From Paraspadella gotoi (Eukaryota; Animalia; Chaetognatha), in NCBI GenBank assembly GCA_051294375.1, contig CM119270.1, forward strand, positions 2,105,320 through 2,169,319: 64,000 nucleotides of DNA, written 5' to 3'. The position numbers were made by a program, and so were the translations under genes. The notes under the pieces are model-generated. The model was not told the DNA's origin, ran no database searches, and saw nothing but the letters and a program-made list of their open reading frames with translations. This document shows positions 28,255 to 40,284 of this stretch, piece by piece (position 1 is the stretch's first letter; every line of letters begins with the position of its first letter).

Positions 28255-29588
28255 ACAACAACGCCGACTCATTTATGCTCCGTCGCCTTCCGTCAATGGA
28301 ATCCGAAACCAGAGAAAAAAAATGACATCGTCTCATAATTTCTTCATTTCCGGCGCGAGAGTGAGAGAGAGAGAGAGAGAGAGTGAGAGAGAGAGAGAGA
28401 GAGAGTGAGAGAGAGAGAGAGAGAGTGAGAGAGAGTGCTGCCATCTCTGTCGCCCGTCTTGCTGTTTTATTATCCTCGTTGCTGTTTTGTTTTCCAATGA
28501 TGATGATAATAAAACATTCGGAATTTTGAGAGTGCGCTTGCTATTTTTGTTCGCTGAAAAGATATTGGTTTTTAAATAGCGATTACTACGTAAGTAAACG
28601 ATGAGTCTGAGTTTTTAATACTTAGGATGAATAGTCTAATACATACCTATTTTTTCCCTAAAGTTAAAAGTGTCTCTTAGATTTGTCTTTAATTTCTAAT
28701 CGAAATCAAACTTGTTGCATAGGAATATATTTATGAAATTGGTACAACCAATATAAAAATTATCCATTAATTTTATAAATAAGCTATCTTGCCCCTAACT
28801 TTTAGTTTTAAAGATCATGTGGCTTGTATTTTGTCTGTAAAAAAATTTATGTGATGTACAGCATCTATATTTTTCTTCTTTTTTTTCTCTCCAGATTTTC
28901 CTGCAGATTTTCGGGTCTTTTCTTTTTTGTCTTTTTTTTTCTTTTTTTTCTTTTTTTTCTTTTTTTTCTTTTTATTCTTTTTTTTTCTTTTTTTTCGTTT
29001 TTTTTTCTTCCCCTCCCCTTAATTTTTCATCAGCTTCTCTCGAGAAATCAGTCCCACTCTATCAAGCTATCTCGCTCACTCGCTCTCTTCATCTCTCTTT
29101 CTCTCGCTCTCTCCTTCTTTCTTTCTCTCGGTCTCTCCACCTCGCGCTCTCTCCTCACATTTTTTTCTCAACACCTTACTCTAACACCCTCTTTCCTCTC
29201 AAATCCTTTCAACTTTTGCCCTCTCCTCTCTCTACACGTTACCTCACGCCATATTGGTCCTCATTCTTGCGGTCAGTCTCTCCCTCTCTCTCTCTCTCTC
29301 TCTCTTTCTCTTTCTATCTCTCTTTTATCCTCTTACCTCACAGTTCATACTTACACTCCTCAAGTACCTTTGCTTTCTCAATTTCTCCCCACTCTCTCAC
29401 TCTCCCTCATTTCGCCCTCTTGCCCTTTTATCCTCTAACCCTCTTGGCCTATCGCCCTCATTCACGCACTCTCGCTTCCTGTAAGCAAAGATTTCCCGCG
29501 CTTTGCTGCGTTGACCAAAAAAGGGAAATAAAAAAGTGTTTAAGTATTGACCGACGAAGACGACGACGACGACGACGACGACGACGAC
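28255..29588 (+). repeat. Direct re-copy of 19240-20640
   Basis: Both start ACAACGCCGACTCATTTATGCTCCG and end AGTATTGACCGACGAAGACGACG. This copy is flanked by 25-N spacers. Confidence 0.9.
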
Positions 29589-30099
29589 NNNNNNNNNNNN
29601 NNNNNNNNNNNNNAAGACAATATTAACGGGCCACCGCCAGAGCGCGGACCGATCCGACAATTACCAATGGAAATCGTAAAGGTTAAACTAAATGGTATTC
29701 GATCATGGCCTCGAATCGATATACCACCTTACTGAAATAACACTCCTATCGCCGCCCCGCGGAACGAAATCGGATTTTAAAGTTAAATCGAACTGACTAA
29801 GAACTGATTTTCACCGGTCAAACCTTCAAACGTCCTGGCGGAAGCCAAAAGGTGGGATTTCCCAATCTCGAAAAAACCAGTACCCGAAAGTCACAGCTAA
29901 AAAATTTCAATTTCTAATATTTTTCACCGCAGCTACCCGCGTCGTCAGTCAGATCGCCACCGCGTTCTCCAAACATTCCTCCAGGCATCCCCAGGCATCC
30001 ATCAACGAATCCAACGATAGAAGGGCCTCCGATGAAAAATACAAATTGTAGATCCTTGAACATCGTCTCCTTACCAAATGTTTAGAGTGACGCTCTCAA

Positions 30100-32235
30100 C
30101 CATACTACGACAACGAAAAACCCTTTATTCTGAACCTACCGGAAAAATAGGTAGTTAAATTGAGACAATCTAAAAAATACTAAACTTTTCGGCTTTTTCA
30201 TAACTGTAACTAAACGTGGAAGCGTTGAAGGTTTGTAATTTTGATATAAAATAAAAATTGACAAGCTCTTATCTACCTGCTATGTCCGTAGTTTAGTAGG
30301 TAGTAGGTTGCAAAATATAAAAAATGGTTTAGACTAGTCCTTTAAAACGAAATCAATTCTATCAAACTACTAAACCCGAAAAAATACATAAACCTAAAAA
30401 TCTAATACATCTAGAACAGAAGCCCAGCATACTGGGAATGCGTGAAGCGCGAAGTTATTTATTTGGTTTAACCTTACTTTTAAGCATCCGAATGCCGAAC
30501 AGCAACGCAGATCAAATATTTCGGCAGGGGTAAAACTACAAGACTACGGGATGGGACGTGAGCATGCTCTAACCTGCCAAAACAAGTAAGCAAAGCAAAA
30601 TAACGATGATAAACCTTTCGTCGCTAGCCTCCCTGCTCCAGCTCTACTGCTATCTTATTTTTAAAGGGAGAAAAACACAAAAAAAAAAATGAGACGTACA
30701 AACATGTCCGAACAATTACGAACCAGCGACCTGCCCTAAGGAAAGCCGGACACAAACGTAAGACGGGTAAGTACATAAAGGGGATTCTCGTAAGCGACCC
30801 CCCTACCAACTAAGAGAAAAAGCGGTCCCGTTAAAAGCATAGTCAAACCTATCGTTACCGATTTAGGCAAGAAAAAAGGTGTCAGAGTACCCGACGGAAC
30901 TTTTCCCAATACCGATTCAGAGTCGGAACCAGCTGTACGGCTAAGCCGAAAGCCGCACGCCTGCTGACGACGCGCCCAGGCGAGACAGTCATGACAGGTT
31001 CGTACCGTCACTTCCGAAAACCTAAAGTTGCAATCTTTGACCAGTCGACTCGACGAAAACTCGTTCCGTCAAGAGATTTCGAAAGTCGAGGGCAAAAAAC
31101 TTTACAAAAGCGAAAAAATGTTAGGGGCAAAAACTATATGAATATAAATACATTTCATAAGGAGAAACGATTATATATCCTTACCTACCTTACATTTCGC
31201 TCTCCTCTGAGCTACCAAAAATAAGACAAACTAAATAAATACAAAAAATGCGACAGATGGGTGTTTTCTAAGCAGATGGGTGGTTTTTTTGCAACACACC
31301 TCCGAAGTAGCGGTTTCGTCTTTCCGTTCTTGAGTTCCTTGCGCGGGAAAAGACACGCCTTTTGGCCGAGCACCTCACTAGTTGGTTTATGTTCCTCCTC
31401 TTCACTCAACCAAAAACTCTTTGACCTTACTCTAATTTTACCTTTTTTCTCAACTCATACAAAAGACCTAAAGACCGAAACCCGACAAACGTACAAGTGT
31501 GCTGACGATGGTCAAGTTCATTTTTCTAAAAAATAAAAATCAAAAAAATTAAACCTTTGTTATTTCGTCGCGGCCTAAGGACTTAAATACTAAAAAGTTC
31601 GTAAAAATATTAAAATTTTTCTTAAAGGAAAACGAAAACAACAGTATTTTTAAAAAGCCTAAATATTTGCTAAAAAATTTACTAAATTTTTAATTCTGAA
31701 AAAATTGGCCTCCACCCCCCCGCAACGAACGGAAGAGGAAGCGAAACGGAGACCTAGATTCGTACCAAAAAAAGCAAAAAAATTTTTCTCAAAAAAAAAA
31801 TTTAGGCGCCCCAAAAAAAACGTCAGATCGGAGCCCCCAAAAAATACAAGGAGTCACTACGTTCGTAGTGGTTTAATGTATTGTGGTTGGGTGCGGGGGG
31901 GAAACGGGGCGGGAAAATTTCCCAAATTTCTCCCGATCGTAAAGCTCTGCGAAGATCCGGGGAAAAAGGCATGGATGGGAGTTTGTAAATAACACTTACT
32001 CCCGACAGATTTTAATGCCGAGGCCCGCGTTACAATCGAATTTGTTCGTAAGTGAGGCTTAACCTCTGGTCCTCCATCGTCGCAGAAACTCCTCTACACC
32101 ACAAAAATAACAACAATATTATCAAAACAAAAGAAATATTGATTTTTTTGTATAAACCTAAGTAACAATTGTTCATATGCAAAAATCAACGGTCCATAGC
32201 AATTACATTTAATTATTATTCACCGACAATGCTCC
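30100..32235. other. Segment that appears reversed but not complemented (probable assembly error)
   Basis: CTA/TAG strongly exceed ATC/GAT (my hand count in 30121-30480 is about 23 vs 7, against about 8 vs 24 in 29614-30060). The simple complement reads like the rest of this genome. Confidence 0.65.
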
Positions 32236-32239
32236 GCCG

Positions 32240-34700
32240 TCGTCGTCGTCCTCGAACGCTGATGCTCCATTTCCGTTGGAAACTCCAAACCAGAAATTCC
32301 ACTCAAGCTAAAAGAAAAAAAAAGTTTTCTCTTTTATCTAATAATCTCTTTTTTATATTTCCTATTTCCCTTCTCATCTAATTTTATCTCCTAATTTCCC
32401 AGTTTTCTCTTTTATCTAATAATCTCTCTCTTTTATATTTCCTATTTCCCTTCTCATCTAATTTTATCTCCTAATTTCCTAATTTTCCCTTATATCTAAT
32501 ATTCTCTCTCTATTTTATTTCCTCTCTCCTCTTTTCTATTTCCTCTAATATCCTCTCCTTACCATTTTTTTAATTTCTTTAATTTTAATTTTATTTTAAT
32601 TTATTTATTTATTTAATTTATTTTAATTTAATTTAATTTAATTTTAAATTAATTTTAATTTCTTTAATTTCTTAACTCCTTCTCTTTCGCTCTTCTCTCT
32701 TCCTCTCTCTTTTCGCATACTAGTTTTTTCCGCATACTAGCGCGGGGTCCGTCCGCACTANNNNNNNNNNNNNNNNNNNNNNNNNTCTTCTACTTAATCG
32801 TCGCCCTCCATCATCGTCAGTCGTCGTCGTCGTCCTCATCGTCTGTCGGTCGCTCATCGTTCGCCCTCATCGTCGTTCGTCGTCGTCATCGCACGTCCTT
32901 CGAGACGCTTGATGCTCCATTTTCCGTGTGGAAAACTCCAAACCAGAAATTCCACTCAAGCTAAAAGAAAAAAAAAAAGTTTTCTCTTTTATCTAATAAT
33001 CTCTTACTCTTAGTTATATTTCCTATTTCTGTTTCTCATCTAATTCTAATCTCCTAATTTCCCAGTTTTCTCTTTTTTCTAATAATCTTCTCTAGTTTTA
33101 TATTTCCCTATTTCCCTTCTCAATCTAATTCTATCTCCTAATGTTTCCCAGTTTTCCGCTTTGATCTAATTAAATCTCTCTCTTTTATATTTCCTATTTT
33201 ACCTTCTCATTTCTAATTTTATCGTCCTAATTTGCCAGTTTTCTCTTTTATCTAATAATCTCTCTTTTTATATTTCCTTACTTTACCTTCTCATCTAATT
33301 TTATCTCCTAATATTTGCCCAGTTTTTCTCTTTATCTAAAATAATCTCTCGTTTTTTCTATTATGTCCTATTTCCCTTCTCATTCGTATTTTATCTCTAA
33401 TTCCCAGTTTCTCTTTTATCTGTAATGAATCTCTCTTTTTTTATATCCTATTTCCTCTTCTCATATAATGTTTATTCCTAGATTTCCCAGTTTTCTCTTT
33501 TATTAATAACTGTTACTCATTCTTTATATAATCCTATTTCCCTTCTCAGTCTAATTCTATTCTCTCTAATTTCCCAGTTTTCATCTTTTATTCCTAAATA
33601 TTCTCTCTCTATTTTATTTCTTCTCTCCTCTTTTCTATTTCCTCTAATATTCTCTTCTTAACCATTTTTTATTCTTAGCTTTTTAATTTCTCAACTCCCT
33701 TCTTTCGCTCTTCTCCGGTCTTCCTCTCTGCTTTCGCATACTAGTTTTTTCCGCATGACGTAGCGCGGGGTCCGTCCGGTTCACTGTATGAGAAGAAAAC
33801 ATTCAAGTTCGCAATGTCAGTCCATCTCACAGCGAATGACACTCCGTAAACAATTGATCGCAGCTCGACCTCCAAAACAACCCTGCAAAGACAACCCTGC
33901 AAAACATACCCTGCAAAAACAACCCTCAAAAAAAATAACCCCTCGAAATAACAACAGATTCAATCTTCCCAGATTTCCATTTCGGGAGTTTCCCTCCCTT
34001 CCACTTTTAAAGTGGTTCAGTCCCTGTTACCCCCCGTTCATTCCTAACCCCCCTCGCGCCCCCCTCTCCACTCTCCCTCCATTAACTTCTTCCCCCCCCC
34101 TAAACGATCGCCTCTATCGTCTCGCCTCCCCCCTTTCCCTTCCCCCCCGCGTAATCCTCTGGCACCGTTGTACAATCAGGCAGTCGGCTGCCTGCGTCGT
34201 TCTCACTTCCGAGATTCCCGGTTCGATGGCTTTCCGGCTTCCGCGGATTCCATTCATTTCGTTTTCCGGTTTCGACGATTTGCCGAAACTGGACAATACG
34301 CTATTGCCCGGTTGTTTGTTGGCTGTTGTTTGTTGGGCCTGTTTGTTGTTGATGTTGATGTTGCTGTTGTTGGTCATTTGGTGGTTTGTTGTCGTTTTTG
34401 GGTTGTTAGTCGGTGTTGTCATTAGAGTTTTTTATGGTTGTTCTTGATATTTGCATTGTGGCTTTAGTTGTATTCTCTTGTTTTATGAAGTAATGATGAG
34501 AAGGCTTAAATATTATAACCAAATACATAAAAACGAGTTACATGTGTGTTAAAGTCCGTAACATTAGTTATAATTTGGTTGGGTTCTAGATCATAAGGAC
34601 ACATTTAATGAGAGAAATTTATTTTGTGTTATTCTGATGATTCGTCAGATTAACATTCATTTGTTTTCTCGGATTGGGCGAGCTTTCTCTCTCTCTCGTC

Positions 34701-34748
<48 letters not shown>

Positions 34749-35205
34749 GCTCTCTCTTCTTTCTCTCTCTGCTTTTAACAGCAGATAGGGCCGCCATCTT
34801 CTTCGCGAATCGGAGTCAACGGCGTTGAACGGCGCGGCGGGTTTTTCGGGCGTTCGGAAACGGCGCCGGTTTTTTTCGGCGTTCGCTTCATCTCTTTCTG
34901 CATGAGGATCTGGGAAGTGTGGAAGGTGTGTGAGAGAATCCGACACTTATCGTTTGGCAATTTAAATCATTTCTGTATTATTATTACAACAATGAGAAAG
35001 TATCGTAACACACACACGCTTTCAGGAAAAGAAAAGAAGAAGAAAGAGAGAGAGAAAGAGAGAGAAGGGAGAAGAGAGAATGAAGAAAAAAATAGAAATT
35101 AATGAGGCTTTTTATTTTGTCGCTGACATTCTTCCATTTCATGCAACGGTTTTATTTTATAAGTTTCCCATCCCTGATTAAGACCACGCCCACCCCAACC
35201 CGGAA
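32240..35205 (+). repeat. Two further copies (32240-32760 partial, about 32890-35205) of 21140-23186
   Basis: Shared anchors GATGCTCCAT..AACTCCAAAC..CAAGCTAAAAGAAAA, GCGCGGG(G)TCCGT and TCATAAGGACACATTTAATGAGA. Confidence 0.88.
32978..33620. repeat. ~78-bp pyrimidine-rich tandem array, about 8 units
   Basis: Unit TTTTCTCTTTATCTAATAATCTCTCTTTTATATTTCCTATTTCCCTTCTCATCTAATTTTATCTCCTAATTTCCCAG. Only about 2.5 units are present in the sister copies at about 21220-21430 and 32325-32520. Confidence 0.85.
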
Positions 35206-35525
35206 GTAGGCCACGCCCTTCCATCCATTATAGAGACCACGCCCTTCCCATTCCTGATTAAGATCACGCCCACCCCATCCCGGAGGTAGACCAAACCGTT
35301 CCCATCCTTTTTGGAAAGCAAGCCCTTCTTCCCATCCCTAATAAATACCACTCCAACCGCAACCCTGATGTAAACCACGCCTACCCCATCCAGGATGTAG
35401 ACCAAACCCTTCCCATCTCTTATGGAGACCACGCCCTTCCCATCCCTGATTAAGATCACGCCCACCCCATCCCGGATGTAGACCACGCCAACCCCATCCC
35501 GGATGTCGACCACGCCCATCCCCTT
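35166..35525. repeat. 27-bp minisatellite, about 13 units, with a 3-unit higher-order pattern
   Basis: Core CCACGCC at 35184, 35211, 35237, 35264 and 35291. It explains the 9-aa repeats in ORF 35178..35609(-). Confidence 0.9.
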
Positions 35526-35595
35526 AAAACCGGAAATGGCGACGGAAGTCAGTGATAAATCGACGACGTCGCGCTTCTGCCGATTTCCCGCGTCC

Positions 35596-35626
<31 letters not shown>

Positions 35627-35954
35627 CAGCCGTCGCGTCTACGCCGCTTCCGACAAAAGGACGTCGACCCCATCCGCCGACAACCTTTTACAATGGGGCA
35701 AAGGGGGCGCGCCCGCTCGGCGTGCCGACGCGGGCAGACGCCACAAAAGTCACGTTCAACGGGGCAATCATTTCTCTGCCCGACCGAGAGGGCAACTGCG
35801 CCACTCGGAGGCGTCACTTAAGGGTCACTGCGTCGAATTCATCGCTCGCACTGCGCCCACAAAAGACCACTCTTTGTCGATTGGGTAGTGGTGTAAAGTT
35901 TTGCTATGAAATATTTACACAATAGTTTTAATGCGTCACTTGTGTTGGAAAATT

Positions 35955-36285
35955 TAGGAGAATGTAGGAGAATGTAGGAAAATGAAGGAGAATGTAGGAG
36001 AATGTAACAGAATGTAGGAGAATGTAGTAGAATGTAGGATAATGTAGGAGAATGTAGAAGAATGTAGAAGAATGTAGGAGAACGTAGGAGAATGTAGAGG
36101 AATGTAGGAGAACGTAGGAGAAGGTAAAAGAATGGAGTAGAATGTAAAAGAATGGAGGAGAATGTAGGATAAGTTAGAAGAATGTAGGAGAATGTAGAAG
36201 AATGCAGGAAATGTAGGAGAAAGTAGTAAAATGTAGGAGAATGTAGAAGAATATAGGAGAATGTAGAAGAAAAAAGGAGAATATG
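35955..36285. repeat. 10-bp minisatellite (AGGAGAATGT)n
   Basis: Direct reading shows about 33 units. A noisy inverted copy lies at about 37110-37447. Confidence 0.9.
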
Positions 36286-37474
36286 ATTGTCCAACCAATT
36301 TCCATCGCAATCGTTGTCCGCCCCTCCGATCTATGCCTTTACGAGCCGCCGCATATCCGCGAGTTGGCGTATTGTCGTCCGCCGTTCGATCGTCGATCCG
36401 GAGTTTCCCGGTCTCAAATTGTAAATAATTGCCAACCTAAAACAGCCACCTTTCCCCACCCCAAGAAAAAAAAATTGAGCGCGAGAAAATATTACGACAG
36501 CGCTCCACGGATCCGCACCTCACTTTAGTCCGCCTCCCCCCCGCCCCCCATTAGTTGGCTTACCTCGCCTCGCTAACTCCTCCCCCGGCCCCACGACCTC
36601 ACATCTACGCCAGGCGTCAAGAATCATCCGGTCAAAGAAGAGAGCCAGCTTATTCATCATTTTCCGCGTCCGGCTATCCACCCCATGCGTCTTTCCGTCG
36701 CGAACGTCATTTTTTGACGTATTTAGATCGCAATCTTCCTGTCTCTCCTCCTCTGTCTCCTCCTCTATCTCTTCTCTCTCTCTGTCTCTCTCTTCGCTCT
36801 CTCTCATCTCTCTCTCGTCTCCTCTCAGTCCCGCTTTCCGCCGGCAATTTTCACGTGATTAAGATGGGTTTGTACCGAATGGCAAACGGCATTTATGATC
36901 CATAATCTCCAGGTGAATAGAACCTAACGCATTGCCCGTTTGTTCAAAAGGATGCCTGCCTTGGGATCGACCCGGATAGCTTACGTCCGGATCGACTGGA
37001 ATCGAGACCGCGCAGGACGACAATACGACCAAACATCGGCGGATATGAGCGTGCGGCTTGTAATGCATAGATCGGAATGGCGGACAAACGAAATTGGTTG
37101 GATTACATCTCTATTCTTACTTGTTTCTGTCTACATGTCTCCTACGTTCTCCTACATTGCTCTATCATATCTTCTAATTTTACCTACCGTTCTTCGCCGC
37201 TACATTTCCGCAATATCGGTCTACCATTTCTCACCTACATCTCTATACTATAACCCGTTTCTTCCTTGTACGATTTCTCCTGACTTGGCCATGTTTTCTT
37301 ACATTCTAGACTTCCATTCTTTTTACCCTCTCCTAGCGTTCTGCACGCTCGACCATTCTTCTAACAGTCTTCCTAAACGGTTCTCACACATTCTCTTATT
37401 CCTACTTTTTGTCCTACACATTCTCCTACATTCTTCTATAATCTCTGNNNNNNNNNNNNNNNNNNNNNNNNNGG

Positions 37475-37860
37475 TTTTTTTTTTAACATTTTATCATACA
37501 TAAATAGACTTTATGACGTTGATTTCTCACAGACTCAAGTCCACTGATGTGATGTTTCAGCGAGTTCCTTTTTCTATTTTTGGACTGGTAGAAAGAGAGA
37601 AGCCCAAAGGAGGTGGATGAATAGCAAGCAATGTTGTTTAGTGCTTGAAAAGGACAAGCAATCAACTATGGAATCCAAAGGCGGGAAATTGGGTTGAGGT
37701 ATTGAGACTGTCATGGAATCGTATTTGATATGAACCTAAAGGGCGAATGGTAGATATCACAAGTTGAGCACGTCATGTAATCTTCTTCTATTTGACAAGC
37801 ACAAAACCAAGCAATAGGGGTTGAGGGATTGAGTGACGCCATGAAAATCATCTTTGGAAC
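37475..37860 (-). mobile_element. Degenerate LINE-like 3' fragment with poly(A) tail
   Basis: On the minus strand, allowing frameshifts, it reads NPYC-WFCACQIEEDYM-(H)VL-TCDIYH, a CxxC..E..H...C zinc-knuckle pattern typical of non-LTR RT C-termini. The fragment ends in A10 (T-run at 37475-37484 on the plus strand). Confidence 0.35.
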
Positions 37861-38029
37861 GATGGGGTGAAAGGATCAGATGTGCGATGTTCTCATCTTT
37901 GGCGCGAACCCCATTTCCTTTTTCGATATCATCTCGTTTTTACGAGAGTTCAATTTACAGTCGAGTTCCATTACTGCGAGCGTTCGTGTCCGAAGAAAAA
38001 AAAACTATTTTTGTCTCTCGACGACAGAG

Positions 38030-38068
<39 letters not shown>

Positions 38069-40249
38069 TTAAGTTAAGAGTGATCAATGAAAAGGAGCTA
38101 TGCAAAAAATAAAATATGTATGTACGTATGTTGTATAATCCCTGGAGTATCGATGTCAAACAGCCTCCCCGACTTACATTAAAAAATCAATAAATCATAT
38201 TGAGCTATTTCTGTTAATAATAAGCAAATTAAGAGACGCTTTGCCTACTACGTTTCAAACTTATGCGTTGACTCAATAAGTGGAGTTTAAAAAAGCCTAA
38301 TCAATATTTTAAATTGTGTAAAAAATAATAACAATAACATGCAAATAAGGCGTAAAAGCGAGGCTAAGAGAAAAAAAATGAACACTCTAGTAGTCAGTAG
38401 TCCTTTCTCTGTATAAAAAGATCGCGACCTTCGACGTCCATCATTTTTTCGGAGAGACTTAAAACCTCAAACGATGCTCTCTTCTGACCCCAAATGATGC
38501 TCTCTTCTGACCCTCAGAGCCACGCCCCCCTTTTGCCACCCCACCCCGTTTTGCCACGCCCCCTAGCGACTCGACGCGACCCTCGTGACTTTCAGAACAC
38601 GATCTGGCCTCTTCGCCTTTTTTAGTCAACATTTTCACGAGAGTCGAGAATCATCGACCCAGAATCACTTTTTTTAATCACGATATCACAAAACCCTTTT
38701 ACGAAACTATTATTCACCGTCATAACTGCCAGTGCCTGTTAAATGATCCGCCAGACCAGTCCACCTTGTCACTGACCTTCTACCGTCGCTCTTTCTGATC
38801 TTTATCACTGACCCGTCACCCTGACCCTTTTAGTCTTCACACTGATCCATCGATCCACTTTTAACGCGGCAATCTCCCTTTTTCTCAAGAGCTTCTTTCA
38901 CCTTAATTTCACACAAACTCACTTTGTGATCGTCACTTCACATTTCAATCGTGAGAAAAACCTTTTCTCGTTTTAACCTTTCTTCCGTTTCACATTCTCT
39001 CATATTTCAATATAGAATATCTCATTCTCTCTCTCTCTCTCTCTCCCTCTCTCTCATTCGCTCCAGTCCTGATTTCTGTGACTCCGTCGACATTCGACCT
39101 CGATCTAAGGATTTGTTGTCATGGCAACGGCCAATTCCCTTCCGGAGACCCATTTCCGCAAATCGAGTTAAAAGCGCGAGGATAGTAAATTTCAGCTTAG
39201 TTTTTTTCAAAGAGTAAAAATAGGTAAATAAAGAGGAAAAAAGAATTCGAACGATAAGTAAAATTGGGAGGGGAACTAGGAAATATAAACCAAAAAACGT
39301 GAATTAGGTAAATTGTATTGTTCAGACTCGGAGTATGTAATTTAAACAAACGAAACAAAATGAATAAACAAGATTGAGATAACAGTCCGCGAAAGATGTC
39401 ACAAAAAAGCTCAGAAGAAATCTGGTGCACAAACGACACTCTGCCAAAAAAAAAGACAAGAAAAGACAAATTTTATATTTAAGTGACACCAGTATGCATT
39501 TATTTTCTAACTAATAACTAGAAAAACCAATTACAAGAACTGCATTGACTTTCGTGAACACATGGTTAATTTGGTCACAAAAAAGTTCAATGATACCTAA
39601 ATAGTGCCGAAATAGTGACCTATAAACTATAATGATTTCTGGTGACGCATCTGAACATTCCGAAAGACAAACACACAGAAAAAAAAACATAAAAAACTGG
39701 CAAACTGGAAAAGCAAAACCGGAAATTTTGATGGAAAAAAAATGTTGAGAGGCGAAATCTGAGTCGAATTTTCGTTGGCGAAGTCAAAGGAGAAAAGGAT
39801 TAAGGGGGGGAAGAAAGAAGAGGAAGTGGAGGAGGAGGAGGAGGAGGAGGAAGAGGAGGAGAGGGACTTTACCTGGCTCAATATTCTCTCTATTCCTATG
39901 ACCCCTTAACCCTAACATGACTCTTCACTGGCGGCTAAAAAAAAAGGTTTCACAATCCACTCAACGGCGTTCACTTCACAACACCACGTTCACACTAAAC
40001 AAAATTCTTCCTCTCGCGTTTTGACATTAAGGTTATTCCTCCATTACGAACTTACCTCTTCTTCGCCACTACCCATTTTCGAACTCACCTTTCCTCCCGC
40101 TATGCCATGCCTCACCCTCCATCTCTTACCCGTTTTTTTTTACGATTCCCCAAAGAGCGGCATTTGGCGAACCGGATCCTCAGAACCGATGTTACGCCGT
40201 TTTTTTTCTTTCTCCCTGGCGGAGGGAAGGAGAAAAAAATCTTATCTCC

Positions 40250-40284
<35 letters not shown>

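Noticed and set aside
30100-32235. Horizontally transferred or viral insert suggested by the compositional shift
   Set aside because: No long ORFs or recognisable domains. The composition is better explained by reversal without complementation.
35178-35609. ORF with 9-aa GVGVVYIRD repeats resembling a beta-solenoid protein
   Set aside because: It is a by-product of a 27-bp minisatellite. A frameshifted unit is tolerated and there is no splice or homology support.
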